NCBI GenBank assembly: GCA_965637545.1
Contig: OZ281494.1
Span: 17,918,001 to 17,982,000 of the forward strand
DNA from: Phallusia mammillata
Taxonomy: Eukaryota
Direction of reading: 5' to 3'
DNA: 64,000 nucleotides
The translations under genes and the position numbers were made by a program. The notes below the pieces were generated by a model. That model worked only from the letters and a program-made list of their open reading frames with translations, made no database searches and was not told where the DNA came from. Position 1 is the first letter of the stretch. Each line of letters begins with the position of its first letter. Positions 37,101 through 52,100 of this stretch are shown here, piece by piece.

Positions 37101-40100
37101 AAATGCAGGTTTGATCATGTTAATAAAATATCTAATGTTTATGGTATAAAATTATGTCAGTTTTATTAAAACAAACTAAAGGATATACAAAGAAGACGTC
37201 GTATACTATACGTATAGAGTCGTTTAATTACATGTTTTTTTGTATTTTTCTTTTGGTTGTTTAGTGGCACATTTTTCGTTTTTATATAGTTACACGTGTT
37301 TTTCTTTTTTCGTTAGTGTCACACAAGTTTTTTGGTGTAAAACTAACTTACCTGCACCACTGGTCCCATCATGAACCGCATCGTCATGTTACCACCGAAA
37401 TGTACAACCGCTTCCTTAACATGCGACACTATCCTGTGAGGTTCAGGTTGTTCGTTCACAGCCACCACCATGAATTCTGCCCCAGTGTAGTTGGCTTTGT
37501 TCCTGTTCAAGACAAAATATTTGAACAACGCGCCTCTGCTGTGTTAATAACGAATGCACCTCGTTCGAAGTTTTCAGTGCATACAAAAATTGTGTATGTT
37601 GTTGTACAATAACGTGCTGTATATGTAATTACGAGAGTTTGAATGTACTTTCAAATTTACCTGACCATGATGTATGAACACATTCCCATCGAATCGTACG
37701 TTGTGCCGTCAAATGTCATGTAATGAGGATCCGTAACAGCTTTGCACGTAGCACGACGCTAAAAGCAGTGTAATGCTAAATTTAAAATATTTGGGCTTTT
37801 TGGGAGTTCCGTAAAGAAAAATGACCGAGATCCCAGTTTCGGAATTCATCAAAATTTAACATGTAACTTTGAAATAAAACTCTAAACTATGCATTTGTGC
37901 CATTTTAAGGCAGCTCAAACGGCTGTAACATTTAGTAACTAACCCTTAATCGTTTGACGCATCGTTTAAATCCATCCGTATCCCACTTGCATTTCGATCT
38001 TTTCGGACACGCTGGAGCGTCATAACACGTGACGTTATTGGCTCCCATGCAAACACATTCCGTGTCACAAGCACGATTCCGGTAGACGAAACCTTAATGA
38101 AAAAAACATTGGCCAACTTTAAATTTATGTCCGGTATTTTTTTTTCTTCAAAAAAGGTATAAATCAAGTTTAACAACAAGTTTATAAGTTTTAAAAGAAA
38201 TATGACGGTCCAAATAGACTTGAAAGGCAATATGCTTTAACGTGCAGGTATTATCATGTTTCGTTGAAACTTTAACATGTCTATACTCATAGACAAATAA
38301 ATGGTTTAAAAAATGTAATAGCATCTCCACAAAAAACAAACAAAATCTAGTAACTTGTGCTAAGTGGTTAACAGTGAAAAAAACGCACCTTTCTGATGAT
38401 ATCTGCCATCGATGACACATCCGCAGTCGGTGACAGGGACACAATCGGTTCCCGATAAAATATAGCCTTCGTTACAGACACAACCTGAAAACAATCTTGT
38501 TGGTCTATTTGTGAAATTTAAGTTGCATGTAGACCTTGTTTTACACTTACCATCCACTAACGTGTTGTTTTCATCGCTGTTGGGACTCCCTAAGCACTTA
38601 CTGCCATCTGGATCTGTACAAGTACTTGGACATTCTGTGGCTTGAGGGTCGTAATGCTCATTTGCTTTACATTCGGTAGCTGAAAATATAGTGGCATTAT
38701 TAGAAAAAAACTGTGTGACAAACGCTATCGTTAGCTGAACAATTTTAGGCCCTGAATCACAGTAAATTAAAATAGACATTGCCTATAAGTTAAGGGAAAA
38801 ATAATAGTACAGTTCAAAAAGCTACCGGTAGTTTATAATACTTACATATGTTGAAGAAGTCACGCCATGTTCGTGACGGGGGAATCCCCGCTTCCAAGCA
38901 CTCGGTGCTGTAAGTTTCAACAATTCGTGACATCGAGTCGGTGCTGCCATTGTAAGCACAGAGATCGTATACACAGGAACGGAAGCTCTCCCAGGGATCA
39001 ACAGCCTTGTGACACTCAGCGAACGGGCCGTCAGGATCGGAAATGCCCGAACATTCGTCCCCATATCTCGCGATAGCTTGCGAGTCCACGCATATATCTG
39101 ATGCATTCGCCGGAGGGGGCAGGACACAGCTGAAAAGAACCCAGAAGCTATGATTATTAACTTGGACGGGTGGTCCATGGCGTTTGACCCATACAGAGAT
39201 TTTTAAAAAACTGTTCGGGATTCGTCCACGGGAGCGTCCTGGATTCCAACACCGTGAAAAAAAATAAAAGAATAATTATTAACAATTAAGAGAGTAATTG
39301 TAATTGCAGATTCTGCGTGTTGGTTAACAATCCCTAAAACGTTTTAGAAAGAAAAAGTGATTTAAAGAAACATATTTTTATGATTACTACTTTTTTTAAA
39401 TAATTTTATAAATAATTGTAAATGTTTTATTTTCAACAGATGGGTTTAGTGACAACGGCTAACTATAAAAGGAACAACAATTGATTTGTTTTTACCCTAA
39501 TCAGAAAAAAAAGGGTTACAACCATTGCGTGAGACATACATCGTTGTGTTGTTGTTTTTTACTGCCAAGACCTCTCTTACCCTTCCGTATCGTATCCAGT
39601 CACTTCCCAACTTCGAACAAAAGTTGTGAGATCATCAGTGATTTCACCCCAGCTTGTACGTAGGTCATTGCTATCGTCATCATCGAAGTCGCCACACAAT
39701 CCTTCAACCATGTTACGCAATGGTTGCCAGGCGACCACGCGAAGTCTGTCAACAAAATGGTGTTTGCATGCAGTTTTTTAAAATATTTTATTTTGGTGAG
39801 ATGGAAGAGATTTCGAAATCATAAGCACGAGTTTAAATACGTTAGGTTTTGCGTTTTTGCCTGAAAATTAAAATAGTTAAGTAATCAAAACACTTGAGTC
39901 ATTAAAAAAATACACCAGGTAAATCCGCTTTTAACATTTATTTGTCATTAAATCTTCTGTAAAAAAGTGAAACAATTTTTAGGTGACAAAAGGTTTTAGT
40001 TGCATATGGCTACTATAAAAAACAAATACGTTTACAAAACAAAATGTTTTATAAATTAGTATTGTAGTTGCATGTACAAGAAGGGAATTAAATTCACGCG

Positions 40101-43100
40101 ACTTTACCTGTCCTTTCCATCCCATCTGATAACGATCCGAAAGTCAAAGTCAACCACAATAAATTCCCCCGATGTTCGAACGACGAATCCAAGCATTTCA
40201 GTTCCGGGAAGAATTTGAACTCCGTCCATCTGGACGATAAAATCAGTTATTCTTTTGCTATATAATATGACAATCAAACAATTTTAATCTGATCCTGTGT
40301 CTGTTTAAAACTCAAGCACTTACCCATACGGTGCGTCCTTGGCGAAAAATCATTGTTTGGTTTTTGCCGAAATGAACGTAAACCTCTTTCACATGTGACA
40401 CAACTTGCCCTGGCAATGGATTCTCGTTTACCGCCACCACGCGGAAGAAGGGTGCAGTTGTGCCGGCCTTGTTCCTGAAAATCAATTTAACTATCTTACT
40501 TGACATTTAAACTGCCTATGTTCATAGCTAGTAACCATAAGAACAGCTTTTAGACATAATGTATTGGGACTGGGAATTTACAGTAGTGAGCACTTGCATT
40601 CACATAAATACTTGAACATGGGGGAATTCAAAGTCTTGTTGATTTTTTGTCTGGCGCACACTTTTTCATTTTCACGACTTTAAACTACTACTGTCCATTT
40701 CTACAATGTAGAGGTCATCTTGTGTTAATGCTGTCACAGTTATTACTAAATTTTATCTTGAGGTCTAAATTATTTTGTACTTCATACAACAAGTTTTACT
40801 GAATGGAAGCGTTTGATGTGTATTGGGTTCTAAAGTTAAACATTTGGCTACCTACATATAGCTCAGTCCCTTTTCAGACTGACTTGTGTTTATACTGATC
40901 CCTTTGGTAAAAGACTAAACTAACAAGTTATTTATCCATTTTGTGTTGTTCAATGTTATTGTTTCATTCAGCAACTTTTAAACACTGCCCCTCATGTGCC
41001 AAGTTCTCAAATTTAAAATTGCTAGCGAAACCAAAAAAATGCAGTATACTCACTGGACCATGATATAGGCGCATGTGCCCATAGAATCGAAGGCGATATT
41101 GTCAAAGGTTTTGTAATGGGGATCCGTAACTGCTTTACATGTGGCTCTTCTCTAAATAAAACATTGCGAGTTTATATTTTTACAAAACAGTCTTATGTGA
41201 TGGAAAAAAGATGAAAATCAGAAACTTGAACATTTTTTTTGTTTGACTTACCCTGAGTCGACCGACACATCTCTGGTAACCAGCCGCGTCATCCTCACAT
41301 TTAAGGTTGATTTTACACTTAGGAACAACTTGACACTCAACTATGTTGTCGCCCAAGCAAACACATTCCTGTGTGCAGTTGGATGTTCGATACCGAAATC
41401 CTATAAAAATGTGTACGTTTACAGTATACTACTTCGTTCAAAAAAGTGCAAGTATCGGCTAATCTCTAGCATTACACATCGTTTGTTATGTGTTTCAGTT
41501 TAGATTTGTCTTGTTGCTCCATGGGATTTCATTTTTGTCCCAATATAAGGCATACTATAGTACCAAACCATAGAGACATTAGACAATATTGTTCGAATTT
41601 TGTTGAAGACATCTGGTTTGCGTTACAGCAATGTAAACTGGAGTTAACTTAGATTAACATGTACAGGCCTGACGTACTACAGTTGAAATTGAATTTGATA
41701 CCTTGCAATTGGTAGCGACCGTTAATGACACAGCCACAATTTTCCCTTGGAATACAAGATCCAGTTTCAGACTTTACAAACCCTTCCAGACACTGACATC
41801 CTGAAAAATGTGAAAAGAAATTGTGAACGTTTGTCATATCCTGGCAAGAGATCATAAAACTAAATAGGAAACGTACCTTCTACGCACTGATTTCCCAAGT
41901 CCGGCTCAGCAACACAGTCAGACATGTCTATGTCGGCACATGTGGGTTGGCATTGTGACATACAGAGTGAATACTCACTGTTTATACCACATACCATCGC
42001 TAAATATTATATACACAGTAAGAGTAAGCAGTTGAAAAAATGAATTTTGCAATACGGCTACGGCGTAAGATGGCATAGATCTGCAGTTAAGGCGAATTAT
42101 ATATATATTTAAATCGAATGAATTATTGTTTTAATCCTACATTTAAAAATTTTACAAGATATTTTGAAATGAATAATACTAAAGCAAAAATTACTTTTAA
42201 TGTCGTTATTTTAGTCAACAAAATGTTTACATGCTTGATTTGGTTTCATAAAGGTGTAAGGCGATAAATATTTAACTAAATAAATATTTAACCAGGAAAA
42301 AATTAATGTGTGATGTGGTCTTACGAATATCAGAACTGTTTCTCCAGGCTGTGGCAGGAATCTGTTTTTCTCGACAATCGTAATCATAAGATTCAAGAAT
42401 TCGTTCCTAAAAACAAGATTGCAACCGTGTAGAACTGTAATCTTTGAAGAAAGAAAGTTTCTTTTGGTACAGAGATAAAGCACAAAAATAAAAACGTGCC
42501 AGTTAAAATTCTATTTGGTGCTGCTTGCCGAATTTAAACTTTTTTCTAACCAAAATGTGTGGTCTTTATATGTTAAACAGAACACTTAGTTGCATAATTC
42601 GTAACACAGTGGTCGTTTAGTTAAACTAATTAATTTACTTGACAAAATTAATTGTGCAATTTAAACGTTTTACTTTATGCTGTTAAAATAGTATAGATGT
42701 GAAAACGGAACAGGTGCTGTGGTAATTGTTTTTTTTTTATTTCACCATTTTTTGTCAATGACATTTAGTTACAATTTCATGTTACTTCACCTTGTAAGTT
42801 TGATTTCCCTCATATGCACACAGATCAAACAAACAGTCGTTGTATGCAACAAACGGATTAAAAGTGGAATGACATGGAGCGAATGGACCAAAGGGATCGA
42901 TCAAAATAAAACAACTCTTTCGGTGAGTATCCAAACTTTTTGGGTCGTCACATGGTGTCGCAATTACGCCAGATGTACGTTCGCGGCAACTGATTGCAAA
43001 AATTATTTTTTACCTTTGAAAGACGTTTAAATACGATCTTTGATTGAGAATTACTCTTTATACAATCATGTTGCCTATTTCATTTCCATTCCCAACTGGC

Positions 43101-46100
43101 ACATTGCGGTAAGTATTTTTATAGCAAACAAATTGCTTAGTTAAGTTTTAAAACGATAAATTAAAAATTAGTATTACGTAATAAAGAGGCACGTGGTTAA
43201 GTTTTTGACAGAAATCCTCAGTACATCAAAATTAACGACAAGGCAAATAAGTATTGGAATAGATTGAGTAATTCGTTACCCTGCAATATTGTCTTTGGTG
43301 TAAGCGAGACATTCCTGAAGTAAATTGCCGAAGAATCCGTGACGAAAGCATAGTTGCGAGCTGTTTCGCGGAGGTTCGGGAAAGTAGTTTCTGAACACGA
43401 CACAATTAATAGGTCAAAATGGTAACAAAATTCTTTCAAACCTTCTTCCGCAAAAGTAATTTATCAGTCAACAAACTGTTTGATATAATCGGATTGTAAT
43501 TGTCAATTGCAACATTTGATTTTTTGTCCACGTGAACGAATGAAACTGTGTTTTAACCTTAACAGCTTGTAAAAACGGTAGAGCCACTTACACAAGAACT
43601 CACGGCACAGGCCTGAGCGAGCAATTATTGCCATCACAAACGCACATGCTCCGTTGCGCGACCTTCGGGGGTTAGCAGGCCTGTGCCGCGAGTTCTTGTG
43701 TAAGTAGCTCTACCGTAAAAAACGTGTGTTCAAACGAACAAAAATTAGCACTTTTTACAAAATTTGGTGCACATATTAGGTAGAATAATTATCAAAAATC
43801 TCTACAAACCCTTCCAAGTCAATCCCGGTCACCCTCCAGCTCCTGACAAACTTCTCCACATCACTGGTAAGTCCACCTGCACCCGCACCCACGTAATCAT
43901 TACTCGGATCACCGTCGTAGTTTCCACACAATCCTTCAACCTGGTTTTTAAGGGTACTCCACGCAGACAAACGCAATCTAAACAAAATAAAGGTTTCAGA
44001 GAAGTGCACAAAGTACGGTTTCTTTCCATATTTTGCACTAGTACATTATTAAAACTTACATTTATTTGTATCTGTTTTAAAAATACATGTAATGAAAAAA
44101 AATTAAGTTAGTTAATGGCTTTATGTATTTACACTTTACTAAGATAATTTATGACATACAAGGCTTGTTTCGATGACATATTTTGGATTTGAGGCATACT
44201 GTTTTTGAAACCACAATAATCAACAATCCAGTTTCTGACTTAAGCTGTGACAAAGACATCGTTTAAACGCGCCATCAACAACAGCAACGTGATTGGTAAA
44301 ACATGGCGGAATTATCAACTAACGAGTTCAAACTTAATTGACTCTTAACACGCAAACGGATAACGAAAAGGTTGGATTTTGTCATAGGTTCCGGGCTAAA
44401 GGTTCACCACGTCATGATACATAAGGGAACTATTATGCCAATCTTTCCAGAAATGTCAGTGTTGTGCAGTTGGTCTCAGTAAGTTTATGACCTTGTGCCA
44501 AATATATAGTAAGTGTGCATCAGCTTAAACTGACAAATGCTCAGCAAACTACGAAGCTCAAATGCATAAAAGCTCGTCAAATTGCGCAAAGCAAGATTGA
44601 CGCAGCTGTTATGGTAATTTGTTTGGCTAATACCAAAATTGCCGGCAACATTTCATTGAACTTTCGCCACTAATACATTTGGTAAAATTTCGCACAAAAA
44701 CACAATGTGGTAGAACTGACTTATAATTAAACGCACCTATCTTCTCCATCCCAGCGGATAACGAGACCAAAGTTGAATGTTACAATGATGAAATGAGTGC
44801 TGCGTCGAAACTGCACAGCGGGGAACGATGTACCAGGAAATATCACATCGCCGTTGTACTATACAAAAAATCAGTAGGTATTAATCAACCAAAGCGCTAA
44901 ATTTATCGGTTTTACCGAAAGCCCCACACTGTAGATATAATGAAAAGGATTGGGTAAAATAAAATTGTGTAGCATCTACACATAGCAGAAAAAAAGAATT
45001 TTGCATCTGAAATATAATAGTCTTACCTTTTATGCGCTTAAATTTGCCCAACAAAGGGTCAAGTACAGGTTTTACATGTTATCAGCAAAAATACACTGTG
45101 CTTATATGTTCATTACCTGAGAGAATTTCATTTTTATTTGGTGTTGCTTCTAATCTAAATTTATATTTACGAAGGATAGTTTCAAAAATACTGCTTCCTA
45201 CCTTAATAACTGGACCTTGAGTAAGTGTTACATTATACGGGGAATCACCGTTGACTCGGACTTGAACTTCAGACACGTGAGAAACGGTGTTGTTAGGTCG
45301 AGGTTGGGCGTTAATAGCCACAACTGTGAAGGGTGTCAATGGAGACGATTCTCGAGATCTGGTAAAGTGATTGGAAAAAACAGTTTTGCCAGCGCACAAA
45401 ACCTCACAAATGATTGGACTATTTCATTGAGCTAAAAACGACACGCGTTTATGTGTCAGCAAATGGTAATGAATACAATTGGTATTTTAGAAAGTGTTTT
45501 ATTTTTAACCACAAAGGGCTGGCAGCACCTAAATGCGTTACGTTTACAATTCCCCGTCTGTTTTGTTGCATGTCCGTTGAATCATTTTGTTTAAGTTTTT
45601 TCGGCGAGTTGGTGACATCAATGTAGGTTTATCTATTGAATTCACTAATTGGAGAAATTTCGCTGAAGCTTGTTGCTCAGAAAAAACACAGTTATACACA
45701 AGGCGGTTGAGCTGACTACTTGCTACAGTAGTAAGAAATTAAAATTAGTTTTGGTGGGGTCACTTACCTGACAAGAATATGAGCACAGGTAGACATCGAA
45801 TCAAACGTTGCCCCGTCAAAAGTTTTGTAATGGGGATCTCCAATCGCTTTGCATGTTGCCGGAGCCTTTAAGAAAAGTAAATAAGTAAAACACACCATTA
45901 GAAACTACCCAGCTGCTAACAATCAAATAAATATATATATCGCAAAATCAAGGTTCAAATTTGTTTGAAACATTGAAACCCTGTTACTCACTTCTAGCCT
46001 CGTAACGCATTGCATAAACCCGTCGGCGTTGGGGCCACAACGCTGCCCTTCGCCACAAGAGGGCACTGCAACACATTCAGTCTTGTTTTGCCCGACACAC

Positions 46101-49100
46101 GTGCATTGAAACTTGCAATCCTCTGACCTGTACTTGAACCCTGCAAAAGTTGGAACATTGAAAACATCGACCTTACAACCGCACTATTTATGATATGTCA
46201 CAGTTATTTTAGAGTACTTTAAAAATGCATTAGTTGGTAGGTCTTGACCTCTTGACCACAATCCTGCCTGTCAAAAACGTGTGAAACCACAACGGAGACA
46301 AGACTTCACTTGGGTTAAGTGTTTAATGAATGGTAACAGAATCGAGGTTTAAAAATGCAAACATTTACATACAATTCGGCTTCATTTAATTTAGCTTAAA
46401 AGCATAATGCGTTTTTTTAAGCATGGGGTTCCACAAAGTGCTGAGCGCGATTATTTCATAAGCGTTATCTCGTGGTTGGAATCAATCCTTCGTCGTGTAA
46501 TTTGATCGTGAGTTTAGGCGTTTTCTCTTGAAAACCACCCGCAAGCATTTAAAACGTGCAATGAATGCAAAACCATTTTTACTTCGAAACGGAAAGGCAC
46601 AGGTACGCGATAACTTTGAATGTGATACGGTTTTAAACTGACAACTTTTTCGCTTAAAAAATTAAACAAAAAGCTTTTAATTAATTATGTGTATAATAAA
46701 ACTAACACAGTAACCACCTTCTGCCTACAAAGATTTTTTTTAGGTAACTCAGACGTGTAATTGTAATACCTGGCATTCTATAGCTTCCTTGCAGGAGACA
46801 CCCACAACGACTTCGAGGAACGCAATAATCTCCAGATAGAACAAATCCGTCGTTACAGACACATCCTGCGAAAGTACTTTGGTTTACAGAATGTGGTTGC
46901 AGAAATATCAGCACATTGCTATTCCGTGGGGTCTCACATCCATAAAATTTTATTTAAAATTGCTGAATTTTGATCTCCAGTACCAGGGCATCGATGTCAA
47001 AAATAAACGAAAGTTAACACATGCCAGAGTCCAATACGAGGTAGATTTGCATTTGAGAAATTAATTATGTCATTGTGTAAATGTGGTTTGCATATAAGAC
47101 AACTCTGTTCCAAACATACAGTGTTGGGCATTGGAACCAGACGCCACTTATCAGATAATAGGCAAGTATCCATCAATTACTGAAACCGCTGGCATTCGTA
47201 GCACTCTAATCAGATTACATAGGATCTAGAGAGGATATATGTGACAGTCGGTGTCGCTACACATATTTATGACGCAATAATGTGGTTTCTTGGAATGTAG
47301 AATGGTTTGAATTTTGGTCAAAATCTCCCGCTTCCAGACAATGGAGCTTTACATCGCAAAGACAAAGTACCGCCGGAATTTTAGGAAAACCGATTTTGGG
47401 TAGTTTCCACAACAGATGCTACAGGGCTTTGGCTAAAACAATTGAGGTAGAACGTTTATCCGCTAAGAGAGGCGTTGGCGGCGTAAGCACTCAAGGTTCT
47501 TGCCTGGACCAAAATTCGGTCGTTTTCATCAGGCATTTTTTTAACGTTAATCGCATCACATTTAAAACCAACGGGTTTGTCCATCTCACATTGTTTGTGA
47601 TAAACAAACGGGTTTCATATACTATTGTGTTTGTCGATGAAGGTGTTAAAAAACAAATAAAATATTTTTTTGGCGTAACACAATCACCAATCCTGCTGCG
47701 AGCAACTTATCAACCCCCAATCGGGCTTTTAACCGCCTTATACGATGCTATCAATTTACAGTGTACTTTAAACCTGGCACAAAATGATAGGTAATGAGAT
47801 CAACGTGCCATAGCAGCGCCACATTACACGGCTGTAATATTCGCCTTAGCATACTGAGAAATAAGCTCAAATAGATTATCGGATATTACTCACCTTCTTG
47901 GCATTTGTCTTCACTTTCTGGCAAAGCGTCGAGACTGGCGCAGGTTATTTGCTCCATAGGCCCGCACGAGTTGTAGTGAGAATTGGGCGGGCATTCCAAG
48001 GCTGCAAACCAGAACAGTGCGCGATAAAAACTACAAAGTTAGATTGTTTTCCTCTGCAAAAATCGATTTTTACGATTAGGTTTTGATCAGTTCGAGATAC
48101 GTTTTGAAATGTTTGAGTAAAATCATCTGAAATTTAGACATAAAGTGTAACGACTGAGATACACGGTTACATGAAGAAAAGAAACAGAAAAAAAGATACA
48201 TTATTACTCCCAAAACATGCCCCTTTTCAACAAAGCATGTTTTTAAAACATCACCAAGGGATACAATGCCTACCTGCTCCAATTTGAGACCTCCATTCAC
48301 AAATCTCAGCTCCTTCCAGCTGACAAGCATCCGCATAAGCTCCGACTTGGGTTTCCATGGTGGTGAGAGAGAAGGCAGTGTTACACATTGCACTCACGCA
48401 GTTCTGAAACATAATACTTATAATAAATTTCCCTTTTGGAACTTCTGCCACTTACAGGGAAATGTTAAAACAATCGCCAATTGCATTGACACTGCAATTT
48501 TAATGTATAAGTAAAAAAATTTGATAGTAAAAAGTAAAAATTCTAACCCGCAATGAGCACAATTTTAGATTATAATTTTGGTTGTGCAGCATAAGACGTG
48601 CGCTTGAAATCTCAACACAGTGCATTTGATTAAAACCATATTTCGGTGCTATTTCTGGTAATTTATCCCCAAAGAATATTAGTAAATAGCAACCATTCAG
48701 TCAGTATAAAGAAAAATAGTTAACGAATTGTTACAAGAGTTGTCGGGCAATTTAATTGTCATTTGTTCAAACATAACAATTTGTTTCAGTGTATAAAATA
48801 GTAGTTGGTACATAGCTCGTGTCCGTTATTTAAGCCAATTTGTATTTTTACCTCAAAAAATGGTTCAGGATCGATTACTACGTGACATGACTTAAAACAG
48901 CCCTCAGCAGTTTTTATTATCGAGCAAGCCAAAGTGTTAAGTGAACGTTGAGCTGATGTACATGATGGTTCGTCACGAAGAGGTGGCGGAATACATCTGT
49001 GCAAAAACGTGAATACATCAAATTTGAATAACATACATTTCCATGTGGGTAATATTTGTACAACAGGTACTGACTGTTATACTATTACTGATATGTAATA

Positions 49101-52100
49101 TAATAGGTGTACTGTTTTGTTATAGAATACAAAAATACAAAGAAAATTTTTATGCAAACAAAAATGTTACACTGTGTGACTCTTACCTTTCACCACCAAC
49201 TTGAAAGCTGTTACCAAACTGCTGGGCGGTCATTGTTCCAGCTGACTTCCGTTTAGGACTAGTCAAATCGTCGGTTGGGTTACTGTTCATATCACCACAT
49301 AGACCTAAAAAATTGTGTCGCATAATTGTTGGTGTGGCGCTTTATGTCCGTCATTTACTGCCAAATGACCATATTTGGAAGGTAGAAATTATGATTCAGC
49401 CAAATTGCATGGTCACATGCGCTTTTCAAATAACCTTCCCGCAGATTGGCCAATGGCTCTCTTCTTGAGCGCCGTTTTCTCTTTTTGAGTGCTGTGTTTA
49501 CATACTCGGTTTACGGCTGGTGGGAGGCAAAACTTTATTTTATACAACATAATTACATAATCTGTTGTAAAATCAGGAGACAATTTCCCCAATTTTACAG
49601 GACATTCCGTTTCTAACAATTATAGTACTAAAAATATTATTAACCCAGGCTATTTAGACAAAGCGCTGGATTTCGCTGACAAAACATCGTCTGTAGTATT
49701 TAAATACACATTTTACCTTCGACGTGACCTCTGTATTGTGAAGGAAGTCCGATAATGAAGGCAGACAATCCATCATATCTGATCGTGACTCCGCTATCAC
49801 TTGTCACCAACACGTATTTCCCACTTAAATCAATGTTGAACCCAGGGTAGCGGGCGGGCAGGAATATTCGTACCCCGTCGACCTAAAAAATAACCCAGAA
49901 TGTTTACCCTTAAAGTATTTTTATCTAAATCGAGACTAGAACGTCGAAATAAACATTGCACAATTGCTTAATTTGGGGGTTTTGCCGCTCACGTGCTTTT
50001 GCCTATGTTACACCTCCAATAGCTTTTACACATGTTTTGCACGCAAGCAGTTTCCGTCTAAGTTAGGCTTTTTCACCTGATTTGATGTCGACTGTCAAGT
50101 GATGTAGATCGTGCCAAATAACGTCCGGGTTACTTACAGGTTATAACGACATGTCTGAGCTTAAGATCAGACTCATTTGACAAGTAATCACGTGCGCTAA
50201 TTGCGTTCTGCTCGAAATGTTTGGCGACATGCACAAATTCTTGAAGTGCAGAACTTAGCTTTTAAGTGCACGTTCGCTTCCGATGTTAAATATTGTCACG
50301 ATTAGCTAACGACACGACGATTTAAAACTAGTAGGTTGACCAGTTATTCAATTTTGCTGTACGTAAAAACTTACCACCACCCGCTTGCTTCTGCGCAGTT
50401 CAATATGTTTTGTTGCCATGGTAACATGCACAAGGCTGACGTGAGGTCGTCCGTCGTTTCCAAGATTCATATCGTTTTTAATCTGCACAAAATCAAACAA
50501 CACAGAATTGTTACATAACGTAAACCAGATTCGGGCCTGCAAAGGTTACTTCAGTTGCTGTTTTAAATATTTGTTTGTGTGACAATCTAATGGTGCTACA
50601 GTTTTTTTGCAAACATGGTTAGCTCACCGTTCACGATATTTCGATCTTGTTTTTAAACAAAACATAGTGTTGGCAGTGCAACGTTTAAAATTGCGTCGAA
50701 AACTACGTGGAAATCGTTTTTCTTCGCCCTTTACATATTGAGCCAATTATCTTAACTGTGCCCAGTCGCTACAAGTTTCTGTGACCACTTGCCGATGAGC
50801 GATATCAGATAAGATGCGATCGTTATCTATTGTCCCTTTACCTTCACGCCCACACTGAAGCAAACTATTTTACGTACATGCAGCGATGTAACCTTACATT
50901 CATGCATATGTAATGTTTAGGGGATTAATAAGCTTGTGGTCCAACACACAGATTTTGTTAGCCACATAAATTGTGTAACTTGTGCAACGTGGTAAAAACT
51001 GTTGGTTAAAATACGCAAACACTAGCATTCAAAGCTTCACAAATGTACTGCTAGAGTTTTCAATACACCAAAATCTTTATAATTTTGAATACTGGCAAGC
51101 AACCTAATCAATAAATGATGCACATAAAATATGAAATACAGTGAAACACATAAGGTCGAACATACCGTGATATTAAAAGGTTGCAAGTTTTTGCCAATCA
51201 TTTGCAGAGGGTCGAAAGTGGTAAGAGCGAGTTGGTATCGACAGCCACCTGAAAAAGTGTACTGTAGTCCGTCGAAACTGATGTAATGCATACCTCCCAC
51301 TCCGCGACAAAACGATTGTGCTGCAAAAAAGAGATCGGTGTTATCTTGGCTCGCGTTACAAATCGCAACCGCTCGATCTTCACTTACTTTTATCCACTAA
51401 AACCGAAACACACTTTTCTTCTGAGAATAGCCTAAAAACATTTTTGTGAAGCAACTCGTTAATTGCACAACGGTTAGTTTGGGTTAATAAAACAATAAAT
51501 TCGTTTTCGTCGATTTGAAAACAATTGAAACTATTGAATTTACCCAGAAGACTGCTGTGCCGACACGCAAATGGTATGTCTTCCGGACTGAACTTCATTA
51601 GGGGTCCATGATACCTCAGTTTGTGTCAAACCCTCGCCAATGCTAATAGTATCGCCCTTTATGATCCCCTTCGGACCATTCGCAATAACCCGGCTTACTC
51701 TGTTAAAAGTTAAAATAAATCCATTAAATTGTACGTTTTACCAGCAGTAAAACCAAGTTAAAAACAGCACCTGTCGTCTGGGCTGCAAACTTTTGTTTGA
51801 ATTTCCACAGAAAATCGACGACCAGGCTTAACAACAGATAAATGATTGGGTTCCATGTTAACAGTAACCTCTGGGGCAACTCCTGTGCAATTCTTAGGGG
51901 CCAGTTCATTTTCTCCAACTAAAAAAGAAAGGTCGTGTTTTGTGCAAAAAAAACACAGTGCTTGATGTCTCATTGCAATTACATCGTACAGTTTATAAAA
52001 CATATTTCTTGTTTATTTAGTTCAGGTTTACATGAAAAGTACATGAAAACGTAAATAATTTGTAACTTACGTTGTATGACAAACTGAAACGGTACTGCAC

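Noticed and set aside
47282-47794. 170-aa plus-strand ORF inside an intron of the VWD gene
   Set aside because: GTG start, no identifiable domain in any frame, and no TIR/TSD found. Probably chance or a decayed repeat.
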